Shown: piece by piece, positions 19,159 to 29,464 of the stretch | Layout of the letters: every line of letters starts with the position of its first letter | Numbering within the stretch: the first letter of the stretch is position 1 | Assembly (NCBI GenBank): GCA_035340715.1 | Contig: DAOQTX010000004.1 | Coordinates: 3,929 to 67,928 of the forward strand | Direction: 5' to 3' | Length of the DNA stretch: 64,000 nt | Origin: Bacteroidia bacterium | Lineage (GTDB): Bacteria; Bacteroidota; Bacteroidia; AKYH767-A; OLB10 | The notes under the pieces: generated by a model | The model's database searches: none | What the model saw: the letters and a program-made list of their open reading frames with translations, nothing else | Told to the model about the DNA's origin: nothing | Program-made: the position numbers and the translations under genes

Positions 19159-20400
19159 TTAATAGTGGCATTTGGCACATTCCAATCCACCTATTTTATC
19201 TACCGTTATTTTTGCGTCTTTCCCATACATCTTGGCCAACTCACCATGGAATTTTTCATAGTATCCATTATTGGCCACATCCACTTCGGTGGTTCGATGA
19301 CAATCGATACACCATCCCATAGTTAGCGGAGCATGTTGTTCTAGAACTTCCATCTCTTCAACCTTTCCATGGCAAGTTTGACACTCTACTTTACCAGCCA
19401 CCACGTGTTGAGCGTGATTAAAGTAGGCTAAATCGGGTAAGTTGTGCACACGTATCCAACGCACAGGTTTTGGATTATCACCATACAATTGAGTAGCAGG
19501 ATCATAATCTAATGCAGCGTATATTTTACTAATTTCATCTTTTCCATATGTTGGACCTTCTTTCACATACTTATGACAATTCATACAGATATTAAGTGAA
19601 GGAATATTGGCATGGCGACTTTTTGAGGCCCCATAGTGGCAGTACTGACAATCAATTCCGTTTTGTCCGGCATGTATTTTATGAGAAAAACGAATCGGTT
19701 GCTCTGGTGAATATCCTTGTTGTATGCCTATATCAGCAAGAGCATACCAACCTTTATAACTACCCCAAACAAAACATACGAGAAAAATAACCGCAATTAA
19801 TTTTTTATTACCTCTAATCCAAACTTTAGCGGCAGGCCAACCTTTTAACTCAGGAAGAGCAGGTAACCCTTCTTTTTGTCTTACAGCTTTTTCTAAACTC
19901 TTTTTAACTTTCCCAAGTGAACTGGCTAGAATACCTAAGATGGCAACAATAACCCAAAGCAACCATTTTGGAGTTTCTTTTGACTCAGCTTGAGCAGCGG
20001 GGCCTGAAACAGCGGCAACTACAGGAGCTTTTTCTCCCTCTTCTTTTACATAAGCAAGAATGGCTTTAATATCTTCATCGGTACCATTATAGGCAGGCAT
20101 GGCAACTTTGTTGTACTTTTCAAAAAGTTCCACCGCTTTAGCATCACCAGCCTTAACCATAGCACTGGAATTTCTAATCCATTTGATCAGCCAATCCTCT
20201 TTGTGTCTTAAATGAACATCTTTCAGACCAGGTCCGATGACAACATCATCGCTAACGCTATGACATGCTTTACAAACGGCATCAAACAATGCTTTCCCAT
20301 CGGGTTGAGCCTGAGCCGTCCCAATTAATAGAAAAAATACAGGTAGGATTAAAGCAGATTTGCTTATTCTTTTTACAAATCGCACAAAATGTTTACTCAT
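19159..20400 (-). CDS. actA: Alternative complex III subunit ActA, a multihaem cytochrome c with an N-terminal extra class-I-like cytochrome c domain
   Basis: The 413-aa product has six CxxCH motifs (CKACH, CQYCH, CMNCH, CQTCH, CIDCH, CAKCH). The first lies in an N-terminal ~100-aa domain that precedes two TM segments. The other five form the C-terminal pentahaem domain. Confidence 0.8.
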   Translation of the reverse strand: MSKHFVRFVKRISKSALILPVFFLLIGTAQAQPDGKALFDAVCKACHSVSDDVVIGPGLKDVHLRHKEDWLIKWIRNSSAMVKAGDAKAVELFEKYNKVAMPAYNGTDEDIKAILAYVKEEGEKAPVVAAVSGPAAQAESKETPKWLLWVIVAILGILASSLGKVKKSLEKAVRQKEGLPALPELKGWPAAKVWIRGNKKLIAVIFLVCFVWGSYKGWYALADIGIQQGYSPEQPIRFSHKIHAGQNGIDCQYCHYGASKSRHANIPSLNICMNCHKYVKEGPTYGKDEISKIYAALDYDPATQLYGDNPKPVRWIRVHNLPDLAYFNHAQHVVAGKVECQTCHGKVEEMEVLEQHAPLTMGWCIDCHRTTEVDVANNGYYEKFHGELAKMYGKDAKITVDKIGGLECAKCHY

Positions 20401-20490
20401 ACGGGCGCCTTTAAAAATTTCCCAAAATACAGCATAAAGATAATTTTTCAGAGCTCAATTATTACCTTTCACTGACAAGGGTGCGCAAAT

Positions 20491-20511
20491 TTAAAACAAA
20501 CATTTGTTTAA
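20491..20511. promoter_or_regulatory. Palindromic candidate operator upstream of the actA-ctaD operon
   Basis: The inverted repeat AAACAAA-ca-TTTGTTT (extendable to ttaaaacaaa/tttgtttaa) lies about 90-110 nt upstream of the actA start codon, in the 182-bp intergenic region shared with the divergent SPOR gene. Confidence 0.25.
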
Positions 20512-20588
20512 CAAAAAGTAGGAGCAGATTTATTTACAATTTATATCGATTCTAAATGGTTTTTTGAATCATTGCTTTACTTTTGTGC

Positions 20589-20981
20589 ATGCTTCGTTTA
20601 CACTTGATATTATTGATCTTTTTAATTTCAGCAAATCAAAGTTCTGCTCAAGAAAAGGCCTTGTTGAAAACTAATTTTGAAGAAGGTATTGAACTACTTG
20701 CCTCTAAATGGAAGGAGCAAAACATATTAAGAAATTCGATGCCCGGCTATCGCGTTCAATTGAGTTTTGGTAATGATCGAATCAAGGCCAATCAACTACG
20801 CAGTGAGTTCTTACTCGCATTCCCTGAGATACCAGCTTATATGCTTTATCAGCAACCTTATTATAAGGTGCGCGTAGGCGACTGCAAGGATAGGTTATCA
20901 GCATTGCGTGTTCAGGAATTGATTAAAAAACTATATCCTAGCAATTATATAGTTAGTGATGATATTCCACTACCATTCTAA
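20589..20981 (+). CDS. SPOR-domain (peptidoglycan-binding) secreted protein
   Basis: The ~130-aa product has a signal peptide (LILLIFLISANQSSAQ). Its C-terminal half has the SPOR-like pattern YRVQLSFGNDRIKANQL...YYKVRVGDCKDRLSALRVQELIKK. The ATG at 20589 is preferred over the caller's TTG at 20583. Confidence 0.5.
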   Translation: MLRLHLILLIFLISANQSSAQEKALLKTNFEEGIELLASKWKEQNILRNSMPGYRVQLSFGNDRIKANQLRSEFLLAFPEIPAYMLYQQPYYKVRVGDCKDRLSALRVQELIKKLYPSNYIVSDDIPLPF

Positions 20982-21086
20982 TTTGGCATTTTTGACCCTC
21001 GGTGAATAATTAGTTTTCAACAATATTGTGCTTTTGGGCTAAATTTTGTAAATCGTACTTGGTAATTAATTTCAATTGCATCAACC

Positions 21087-21542
21087 ATGAACAACGGCAA
21101 TTTACCGATACCTGAAGAGGGCACTCAAGAAAATATTTCAATAATAAAACCAAGCGTTTACCTTCATCCTTCTCTGAAGTATAGGCTGAAAGATTTGGTT
21201 GAAGAAAAAAGTCAGGTGATTATTCACTGCGAATACAAAGGTTCAAATCTTGCTATGGAAGAACATATTCGCATATGGAAAAGTACTTATTTATTTGACT
21301 TAGATAGTGGAAAGAAAAGCTGGTTAATGCATAGCGAAAACATTGCAATTACTCCTATGTGGACAAAGGTACCTTATGCAGGCAGTGTGCGATTTACATT
21401 ATTTTTTGAAGGCTTACCTAAAAATTGTGTGCTGTTCGATTTAATTGAAGCCATACCAGAACAAGGGGCTTTTCATATTGAGAACGTAAAGAGAAATGCT
21501 TCGGATATTTATCACCTTAACTTTTCTTCGGCCGATATTTAA
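21087..21542 (+). CDS. Hypothetical protein (151 aa)
   Basis: The ORF is intact with no recognisable motifs. It is convergent with infB, and its stop lies 3 nt from the infB stop. Confidence 0.4.
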   Translation: MNNGNLPIPEEGTQENISIIKPSVYLHPSLKYRLKDLVEEKSQVIIHCEYKGSNLAMEEHIRIWKSTYLFDLDSGKKSWLMHSENIAITPMWTKVPYAGSVRFTLFFEGLPKNCVLFDLIEAIPEQGAFHIENVKRNASDIYHLNFSSADI

Positions 21543-21544
21543 TC

Positions 21545-24436
21545 TTATTGAACGAGTGTTCGTTTAACAGCTATCTCTTCAAATCCTTCGATAATATCTC
21601 CCACTTTTACATCATTAAAGTTGGCAATGTTCAATCCGCAATCCATACCGGCAACTACTTCTTTTACATCATCCTTAAATCGTTTCAACGAAGCGAGTTC
21701 TCCACTATAGACAACGATTCCATCACGTATCAACCGAACTTTTGTATTGCGGTGCACTTTCCCTTCTAGCACATAACACCCAGCTATGGTTCCCACTTTT
21801 GGTATTTTAAATGTTTCTCTTATTTCAATATTACAAACAATCTTTTCTTGAATCTCGGGGCTTAGCATTCCTTCCATTGCCGACTTCAATTCTTCTATTG
21901 CATTGTAAATGATACTGTACAGACGAATATCAATTTGTTCGGTTTCAGCTAATTTTCTAGCTCCAGCCGAAGGCCTTACCTGGAATCCAATGATAATGGC
22001 ATCGGATGCAGAAGCCAATAATACATCAGACTCGGTAATCTGTCCTACTGCTTTAAGTATCACATTGATTTGAATTTCACGCGTAGAGAGTTTGATTAAA
22101 GAGTCGGCTAATGCTTCTACCGATCCATCAACATCACCTTTCACTATCACATTCAATTCTTTAAAGTCACCAATCGCCAATCGTCTTCCAATCTCATCTA
22201 AAGTAATGTGCTTGTGCGTTCGAATTCCTTGTTCGCGTTGAAGTTGCAAGCGCTTGTTGGCAATCTCACGTGCTTCTCTTTCATCGTCCAATACATTGAA
22301 CATATCTCCGGCTTGAGGTGCTCCACTTAAACCTAATATAACAACCGGTTGCGAAGGCCCTGCCGCGTCAATTCTTTGTCCTCTTTCGTTGAACATCGCT
22401 TTGACTCTACCACTATAACAACCTGCAACCATTACATCTCCAATTTCAAGCGAGCCCGATTGTACCAATATATTGGTGACATAACCGCGACCTTTGTCCA
22501 GCGAAGATTCAATCACCGTTCCAACGGCATTTTTATCCGCGTTAGCTTTCAATTCAAGCATTTCTGCTTCGATCAATACTTTTTCAAGTAGCTTATCGAT
22601 GTTCAATCCTTTTTTGGCAGAAATTTCCTGACACTGGAATTTTCCTCCCCAATCTTCTACCAGAAAATTCATACTGGCCAATTGCTCTTTAATTTTTTCA
22701 GGGTTAGCTCCGTCTTTGTCAATTTTATTAATGGCAAACACAATGGGAACTTGTGCGGCCTGTGCGTGATTGATTGCTTCTTTTGTTTGAGGCATCACCG
22801 AATCGTCTGCAGCAATTACAATAATAGCTACATCGGTAAGTTTGGCTCCACGAGCACGCATTGCAGTAAATGCTTCGTGACCTGGAGTATCAAGGAATGT
22901 TATTTTTCTACCGTCTTCTAGTGAAACTTCGTATGACCCGATATGCTGTGTAATTCCTCCGGCTTCATCGGCAATAACATTTGATTTCCTAACATAATCG
23001 AGCAATGAAGTTTTTCCATGATCCACATGTCCCATAACGGTTACAATTGGGGCACGATCTGTCATTGAATCCGGATCGTCCTCTTCCGTTAATATCGATT
23101 CCTGCACATCGGCAGAAACAAAATCAACTTTGAATCCAAATTCATCTGCAATGATGCTTAATAATTCGGCATCCAATCGCTGATTGATCGAAACCATATG
23201 TCCAAGACTAAAACAGGCCGATATAATATCCTTTACCGGAACATTCATTAATTTCGATAAGTCATTAACGGTAACAAACTCTGTTACTTTAATGGTTTTA
23301 TCTTGCAATGATGCTTGCTCAACACTTTTTTGTTGTTCCGCAGCTTGTTCACGTTTTCTTCTTCGCGCTTTTGAACTTTGCGATTTACCCCCCGAGCTGT
23401 TCAGTCTGGCAAGCGTTTCTTTTATTTGTGCTTTTATTTCCTCATCCGAAACTTCTTCTTTGGGCGTAACAACTCTTTTGTTTTTGTTGAAACGATTTCC
23501 CGTGTCGCTTGTGTTTCTTTGATGGAAATTACCTTTTGTATCTGCTGTTGCAACTTTTTGCTTATTCAGACGAGTTCTTTTACCATCCTTCTTATCTTTC
23601 TTGTCTTTTTTAGCTGATTTCTTTTCAGGCTCTTTGGGAATTTCAATCTTCCCTTTCACAGTTAATCCTGTTAAAGACTTTACTTTAACGCTAAAAAGCT
23701 CACTACTGCTATCTTCTTCTGCTTTTGGTTCTTGTTTTACTTCATCTGTTTTGTCACCAGCTTTGCTTTCATCCACAATAGCAACAGGTGCTTCCGTTAT
23801 GGATTCTGCGCTTACTTCGTCCTCTTGGCTAACTGTCTCTTCTGCTGATTCTTCTTCCGATTTTTTTGATTTGCTTTTGGTTTTTTTGCCTTTGCTTAAA
23901 TCAATTTTATCTACAATTTTAAGCCCGGCCTTCTTTCTTCCGCTAGCTTTTACTACTTCAGGTTCTGTTTTTACTTCGGTCTCGTTCTGTTCCTCTGTTT
24001 CAAGAATTTCTTCTTCCGTTTCATCTGTTTTATTACTTTTCGCCTTAGTCGTTTTAGCCGTTTCTGATTTTGTCTTACGAGTCTTTTTCTGCGATTCAGC
24101 GGCTTCTGCTTTTATTTTAACTAAATCATTCTGAAGATCTTCATCACTTTCTTTTTCTTGAATTTTAGCCTCTTCTTCTTCCCGCTTTAAATCAGCCACG
24201 GTTACTACCACGTCACGCTTCATTTTCTGTTGCGTAACTTCATTTGCTTCTTTTTTTGCTAATAAATCTGCATTAAACTCCTTTACTAATAGATCGTAGA
24301 TATCCATAGAGATCTTGGTGTTTGGACTCCGATCGAATTCTATTTTATTCTTTTCCAGAAATTCATAGATATGATCAATCCCTGTATTAAGATCCTTTAT
24401 GGCCTTACTTAATCGTATGGTTTTTTCTACGGTCAT
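21545..24436 (-). CDS. infB: Translation initiation factor IF-2
   Basis: The 963-aa product has a long Lys/Glu-rich N-terminus, a GTPase domain ([24 protein letters not shown]) and a C-terminal beta-barrel domain. Confidence 0.95.
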   Translation of the reverse strand: MTVEKTIRLSKAIKDLNTGIDHIYEFLEKNKIEFDRSPNTKISMDIYDLLVKEFNADLLAKKEANEVTQQKMKRDVVVTVADLKREEEEAKIQEKESDEDLQNDLVKIKAEAAESQKKTRKTKSETAKTTKAKSNKTDETEEEILETEEQNETEVKTEPEVVKASGRKKAGLKIVDKIDLSKGKKTKSKSKKSEEESAEETVSQEDEVSAESITEAPVAIVDESKAGDKTDEVKQEPKAEEDSSSELFSVKVKSLTGLTVKGKIEIPKEPEKKSAKKDKKDKKDGKRTRLNKQKVATADTKGNFHQRNTSDTGNRFNKNKRVVTPKEEVSDEEIKAQIKETLARLNSSGGKSQSSKARRRKREQAAEQQKSVEQASLQDKTIKVTEFVTVNDLSKLMNVPVKDIISACFSLGHMVSINQRLDAELLSIIADEFGFKVDFVSADVQESILTEEDDPDSMTDRAPIVTVMGHVDHGKTSLLDYVRKSNVIADEAGGITQHIGSYEVSLEDGRKITFLDTPGHEAFTAMRARGAKLTDVAIIVIAADDSVMPQTKEAINHAQAAQVPIVFAINKIDKDGANPEKIKEQLASMNFLVEDWGGKFQCQEISAKKGLNIDKLLEKVLIEAEMLELKANADKNAVGTVIESSLDKGRGYVTNILVQSGSLEIGDVMVAGCYSGRVKAMFNERGQRIDAAGPSQPVVILGLSGAPQAGDMFNVLDDEREAREIANKRLQLQREQGIRTHKHITLDEIGRRLAIGDFKELNVIVKGDVDGSVEALADSLIKLSTREIQINVILKAVGQITESDVLLASASDAIIIGFQVRPSAGARKLAETEQIDIRLYSIIYNAIEELKSAMEGMLSPEIQEKIVCNIEIRETFKIPKVGTIAGCYVLEGKVHRNTKVRLIRDGIVVYSGELASLKRFKDDVKEVVAGMDCGLNIANFNDVKVGDIIEGFEEIAVKRTLVQ

Positions 24437-24460
24437 GCGCAGTTTTTACTGTTTTATATT

Positions 24461-25726
24461 TTATTCAAATTCTGATTGCAATATTTTCACAACCATTTTG
24501 ATTGTTTCTTCTTCAAGATCGGTTCTTTGCACCAATTCATCTGCTGGAATGGCCAATACACTTTTAGCCGTATCGCAACCTATCTTCTTCAATTCGTCAA
24601 TAATCCATTCATCTATTTCATCACTGAATTCATCCAATGCCACATCTTCTTCGTCCTCATCTGTATCACGGAATACATCAATTTCAAATCCGGTAAGTTT
24701 ACCAGCCAAACGAATGTTATAACCTCCTTTTCCTATCGCTAACGAAACCTGATCTGGTTTCATAAATACTGATGCTCTGTTTCGCTCTTCATCGAGTGCG
24801 ATGCTGGTAATTTTCGCAGGGCTTAATGCTCTTTGAATAAAGAGTGTAGGGTTTGATGTAAAGTTGATCACATCAATATTTTCATTTCGTAACTCGCGAA
24901 CAATTCCATGAATCCTTGATCCTTTCATTCCTACACATGCACCTACCGGATCAATCCTATCATCGTATGATTCCACAGCTACTTTTGCTCTCTCGCCAGG
25001 TTCACGTACAATTTTTTTAATGGTAATTAAACCATCAAATACTTCGGGCACCTCTTGCTCAAACAATCGCTCTAAGAACATGGGTGAGGTTCTGCTTAAA
25101 GTTATTTTTGGCGTTCCATTGATCATTTCAACTTTTGAAATAACCGCTCGAACGGCATCTCCTTTCTTAAAAAAGTCGGAAGGAATTTGTTCGTTCTTTG
25201 GCAAAATCAATTCGTTTCCATCATCGTCCAAAATCAACATTTCCCTTTTCCACACTTGATAAACTTCACCAGAAATAATATCGCCTACGCGATCGCGGTA
25301 TTTTCCGAAAATAGAATCTTTCTCCAGTTCGAGTGTTTTTGATTTTAGGTTCTGCTCTAAAGAGGCAACTGCTCTTCTTCCAAAAGACTCAAGACTGATA
25401 CGCTCAATGCACTCTTCTCCTACTTCAAAGTCAGACTCTATTTTTACAGCATCACTTAATGCAATTTGAAGTGCTTCATCTTCTACCATTCCATCCTCTA
25501 CGATTTCACGGTTGCGATAAATTTCAACATCCCCTTTGTCAGGATTTACAATGATTTCAAAATTTTCAGCGGTTCCATATTTCTTCCGTAACATTGCTCT
25601 AAGCGATTCTTCCAAAACGCTTATTACGGTAGGATGGTCAATGTTTTTTGAATCCTTAAACTCTGTAAAAGATTCAACCAACTGATCGTGATCTACTTTA
25701 TTGACAACTACTTTTTTCCTTGCCAT
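24461..25726 (-). CDS. nusA: Transcription termination/antitermination factor NusA
   Basis: The 421-aa product has S1 and KH domains (GACVGMKGSRIHGIVREL) and an acidic C-terminus. It lies upstream of infB. Confidence 0.95.
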   Translation of the reverse strand: MARKKVVVNKVDHDQLVESFTEFKDSKNIDHPTVISVLEESLRAMLRKKYGTAENFEIIVNPDKGDVEIYRNREIVEDGMVEDEALQIALSDAVKIESDFEVGEECIERISLESFGRRAVASLEQNLKSKTLELEKDSIFGKYRDRVGDIISGEVYQVWKREMLILDDDGNELILPKNEQIPSDFFKKGDAVRAVISKVEMINGTPKITLSRTSPMFLERLFEQEVPEVFDGLITIKKIVREPGERAKVAVESYDDRIDPVGACVGMKGSRIHGIVRELRNENIDVINFTSNPTLFIQRALSPAKITSIALDEERNRASVFMKPDQVSLAIGKGGYNIRLAGKLTGFEIDVFRDTDEDEEDVALDEFSDEIDEWIIDELKKIGCDTAKSVLAIPADELVQRTDLEEETIKMVVKILQSEFE

Positions 25727-25728
25727 GA

Positions 25729-26217
25729 TTATATCTGGATGATAATTTTTGTTTCTTTTATGTCTGTTAAAGGTATAACCTTTTCTTGTTGTTCAGTCTT
25801 TTTATTTTGAGCCGGTATAATAAGGGTGCAAATGCCATCTTTAAACTCTTTCAATACACCTTCTGCGTCTGTTCCATCTGTAGTTGAAATTTTTACTTTT
25901 CTTCCAACATTTTTAAAATATTGTTGTTCAACTTTAAATGGATATTCTAACCCGGGAGAGGAGACGATCAAATCGTGTGTTTCCAATAAACCGGATGACT
26001 CATATTCTTTTTGCAATTCACGATTCAATCGTGCACATTCCGTAACCGAAATGCCTTCATTACGGTCAATAAAAACCGACACCTTTCGGCTGCTCACTTG
26101 AACATCCACCAAAAAGCAATCGGTATCTTTAAGTTTACCGCTTACAAAATCTGCTATTTTTTCTTTCTCAATCACCAATAAAAAAGGGGACAAAGTCCCC
26201 GTTTTTCGTTGCTGCAA
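25729..26217 (-). CDS. rimP: Ribosome maturation factor RimP
   Basis: The 162-aa product sits immediately upstream of nusA, the conserved rimP-nusA-infB arrangement. Its length and composition are RimP-like. Confidence 0.7.
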   Translation of the reverse strand: MQQRKTGTLSPFLLVIEKEKIADFVSGKLKDTDCFLVDVQVSSRKVSVFIDRNEGISVTECARLNRELQKEYESSGLLETHDLIVSSPGLEYPFKVEQQYFKNVGRKVKISTTDGTDAEGVLKEFKDGICTLIIPAQNKKTEQQEKVIPLTDIKETKIIIQI

Positions 26218-26320
26218 AGATAATAAAATAAAGTGAATATCTATAACCTTATATTAATTTAATTTGATTCCGACTATTTTGGAATAAAAAGCGGTTTTAG
26301 GCTGCACCTCTCCTTTTTTA

Positions 26321-28015
26321 TTATTGTTCCTTTCCAGACATGATATTCTTATATAACTGTTCATTTTTTAAGGCCTCACTGGCTTTAATCAATTCAGTAT
26401 CACTGTTAAAAGCAGCCTGCATTCGACCGGTTTGATAATAATATCGTCCTGCTATTTCTTGGCGCAACAAATCTGATATTTCAGCTTTAAATTTCTTTAA
26501 ATCTTCTGTTTTGTTGTGCTGAAGTTTTGCATTTAATGCCGCATATTCATTGCTGATGTCTTGATAGTAGGACTCTTTTTCGGTAGTTTCTTTCAAATCT
26601 TTCATCAATTTTTCGCTTTTTGTCTCGTAATCGTATTCTTTATCGGAGATATATTTCAAAAAGTCTTGGTAATCGTTTTCAGAAATTTGAAAATCGTTAA
26701 TTGCCGGAATAGAGGTATGAGTACTGGCATATTGCGTAGCATAATCAAATATCAAATATTTGGTGATCAAGCTTGTGGATATGGGACTCAGTTTATCCAA
26801 TTCTACTTTGTAGTCGGGATATACACCACCACCATCAAATACTTTTCTTCCTGATTTGGTTTTAAACTCTGTGATCAAAGAATCGGGAATTTTTCCTACA
26901 CTACCATCATCATTTCGATGAGAATAGTCGAGCGCTTGAATACATCTTCCGCTGGGTATATAATATTTTGCAGTGGTAACTTTCAATTGAGAATTATAAC
27001 TGAGCGGTCGTGTGGTTTGAACCAATCCTTTGCCGAATGAGCGTTGACCAATAACAATAGCACGGTCTAAATCCTGTAATGCACCTGCTACTATTTCACT
27101 AGCAGAAGCAGAAGTGCTGTTGATTAAAACGGCTACCGGGATTTTTATATCCACCGGTTGATCTAAAGCTTTATAATTTTTATCCCACTCTTTTACTTTT
27201 CCTTTGGTATATACTACTTCGGTGCCTTTATCGACAAATAGGTTTACAATATTTACGGCTTCGTGTAAAAGTCCACCGGGATTTCCTCTAAGATCGAGTA
27301 TTACGCTGCTGATATTGTTTTTCTCTTTCAACTCAAGCAAAGCTTTTTTTACCTCAGCTCCACAATGATCGGTAAAACTTGTCAATCGAATATATCCGAC
27401 TCCGCCTTCTAGTGCTGTGTAATAGGGTACGCTTTTTATTTTTATTTCATCACGTTCGATGGTTTTTGTAAAAGCATCATCTCGTCCATTTCTTTTAAAA
27501 GTAATCTTAACAGGCGTTTTGGGTTGCCCTTTGAGCAATTTACTTACGTCATCACTGTTTTTCCCTTTTACAACTTTGCCATCAATTTCAATAATAATGT
27601 CGCCTGCTTTAATATCATTCATTTGAGCAGGGAATCCTTCATAGGGTTCCATAATCACTATGTTGTCTCCCTTTTGTCCAATCAAAGCACCAATACCTCC
27701 GTATTGCCCGGTGGTCATAAAACGATAATCTTCTATATCCGATTCAGGTATGTAGTTGGTATAAGGATCTAATGAAAGAAGCATGGCATCAATTCCTTTT
27801 TTCATCAAATCGCCAGGAGCCGTTTCATCAACGTAATAAATATTCAATTCACGGAACAAGCTGGTAAAAATGTCCAGGTTGCGAGATATCTCAAAATAGT
27901 CTTCTTTGAAACTATAGGAAGCTACTCCTATAGAAACGATTAAAGCCATGATTGCCAAACGGCTTTTAGTAAGTGATTTTTTCAGCATCTTTTTCATATT
28001 CAAAAAATTAATCAC
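26321..28015 (-). CDS. S41 family C-terminal processing peptidase, paralog 2
   Basis: The 564-aa product has a signal/TM segment, a PDZ segment and an S41 core ([26 protein letters not shown]). Confidence 0.8.
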   Translation of the reverse strand: MINFLNMKKMLKKSLTKSRLAIMALIVSIGVASYSFKEDYFEISRNLDIFTSLFRELNIYYVDETAPGDLMKKGIDAMLLSLDPYTNYIPESDIEDYRFMTTGQYGGIGALIGQKGDNIVIMEPYEGFPAQMNDIKAGDIIIEIDGKVVKGKNSDDVSKLLKGQPKTPVKITFKRNGRDDAFTKTIERDEIKIKSVPYYTALEGGVGYIRLTSFTDHCGAEVKKALLELKEKNNISSVILDLRGNPGGLLHEAVNIVNLFVDKGTEVVYTKGKVKEWDKNYKALDQPVDIKIPVAVLINSTSASASEIVAGALQDLDRAIVIGQRSFGKGLVQTTRPLSYNSQLKVTTAKYYIPSGRCIQALDYSHRNDDGSVGKIPDSLITEFKTKSGRKVFDGGGVYPDYKVELDKLSPISTSLITKYLIFDYATQYASTHTSIPAINDFQISENDYQDFLKYISDKEYDYETKSEKLMKDLKETTEKESYYQDISNEYAALNAKLQHNKTEDLKKFKAEISDLLRQEIAGRYYYQTGRMQAAFNSDTELIKASEALKNEQLYKNIMSGKEQ

Positions 28016-28224
28016 GGTAGCGGATCATGTCCATGTCCTCCCCATGGGTTGCAGGATAAAATTCTTTTTAGTGCCAACCACAATCCTTTAATTGCTCCGT
28101 ACTTATCCAATGCTTGAATCGCATATTCGCTGCAGGTTGGCACATAGCGACATTGTGCACCAAGAAGCGGTGATATACTGTATTGATAAAATCGGAACAA
28201 AAGGATAAATGGCTTCTTAAGCAC
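28012..28224 (-). CDS. yidD: Membrane protein insertion efficiency factor YidD
   Basis: The 70-aa product has the YidD signature ([27 protein letters not shown]). It overlaps rnpA by 8 nt. Confidence 0.85.
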   Translation of the reverse strand: MLKKPFILLFRFYQYSISPLLGAQCRYVPTCSEYAIQALDKYGAIKGLWLALKRILSCNPWGGHGHDPLP

Positions 28225-28537
28225 TTGTATTATTTGTAGTTAAACGATTTAAAATTACCATTATTACTTGCATCATTTTCTTTTGATTTTCTTTTTCTTT
28301 TGCGGTATATATTAACATAATATCCAGTCCCGATTTTTTTTGGATCAATCTTTCACTCAAAGCATGATGACTGTGTCTCAAACATTCCCTAACCAATCGC
28401 TTTATTTTGTTTCGATCAACCGCTTTCTTAAAATGCCTTTTGGCCACACTAATACAGAAATGCAATCCGGCATTCGATACATTTTCATTATAAACTACTC
28501 TAAATGGATATAAGTTAAATGACTGTCCTTTGGACAT
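28217..28537 (-). CDS. rnpA: Ribonuclease P protein component
   Basis: The ATG-initiated product is 106 aa with the RnpA basic core ([21 protein letters not shown]). The reading frame stays open for about 38 codons upstream with RnpA-like sequence (FRLHGRKSIQEL) but no canonical start codon (see findings). Confidence 0.8.
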   Translation of the reverse strand: MSKGQSFNLYPFRVVYNENVSNAGLHFCISVAKRHFKKAVDRNKIKRLVRECLRHSHHALSERLIQKKSGLDIMLIYTAKEKENQKKMMQVIMVILNRLTTNNTSA

Positions 28538-28680
28538 AAGTTCTTGGATACTTTTTCTACCGTGGAGTCGAAATTTTTTTCCAAAACGATAGTCGCCTGA
28601 AGCAGCAGATGTAATGTTGTCCGATTTGATGGTTTGAAATTCTTGAAGTCTACAAGAGCTAAATTAGAAATAATTGCGCC

Positions 28681-29442
28681 TTACTTGTTGACCGATTTAA
28701 TATAATTTTCGAGTGCCATGGTCATACTGGGAAACTCTGGAAGTGGAGCGTAGATATCTATTTTAAGTTTGGCTTCTAAAATTGCTTGTTCGGTGGTTGT
28801 TCCGAAGGCGGCAATACGGGTATTGTTTTGCTTAAACTTTGGGAAGTTTTTAAACAAGGACGCTATGTCGGCCGGACTAAAAAACACCAAGACATCGAAA
28901 TTAACTTTTTCCAAATCGCTGAGGTCGCTACAAACAGTTTTATACAACAATGCCTTACTGTATTTTATCTGATGCTTATCTAATGTGTCGGTTATTTCCG
29001 GTTTCAAAATATCAGAACAAGGAAGTAAAAACTTATCGTCTTTATGCTTTTTGGCAATATCCATCAAATCCTGAATCGTTTGTTTGCCAAAGAATATTTT
29101 TCTCTTACGATAGGTAATAAACTTTTGAAGATAATAGGCGGTTGATTCACTAATACAGAAATATTTAAACTCTTCAAGATTGTTAATACGCATTTCGCCA
29201 CACATTCTGAAAAAGTGTTCGGCTGCATGACGGCTTGTGAGAATGATGCTTTGATGTTCCTGTATAGAAACTTTCTCTTTTCTGAAATCCATTCCAGAAA
29301 CTCCTTCTACATGAATGAATGGCCTGAAGTCAATCTTTAAATTGTACTTTTTTGCCAAATCAAAATACGGAGACTTATCGGATTCCGGTTTGGGCTGTGT
29401 AACTAAAATACTTTTAACCTTTAGGTCTTTTTCTATTCCCAC
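28681..29442 (-). CDS. hemD: Uroporphyrinogen-III synthase (HemD family)
   Basis: The 253-aa product resembles Bacteroidetes HemD-like proteins (LVTQPK...ILTSRHAAEHF, two half-domains). It is followed by a DUF4271-like gene, a neighbour this family often has. Confidence 0.6.
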   Translation of the reverse strand: MGIEKDLKVKSILVTQPKPESDKSPYFDLAKKYNLKIDFRPFIHVEGVSGMDFRKEKVSIQEHQSIILTSRHAAEHFFRMCGEMRINNLEEFKYFCISESTAYYLQKFITYRKRKIFFGKQTIQDLMDIAKKHKDDKFLLPCSDILKPEITDTLDKHQIKYSKALLYKTVCSDLSDLEKVNFDVLVFFSPADIASLFKNFPKFKQNNTRIAAFGTTTEQAILEAKLKIDIYAPLPEFPSMTMALENYIKSVNK

Positions 29443-29464
29443 TCAAATAAAAGATTTATCCTAA

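Noticed and set aside
23601-24134. A 177-aa Ser/Leu-rich ORF on the plus strand, plus several other 80-110-aa plus-strand ORFs between 22349 and 24742
   Set aside because: These are antisense to the Lys/Glu-rich N-terminal region of infB (AAA/GAA codons read as TTT/TTC). They are low-complexity frame artefacts wholly inside a high-confidence gene.
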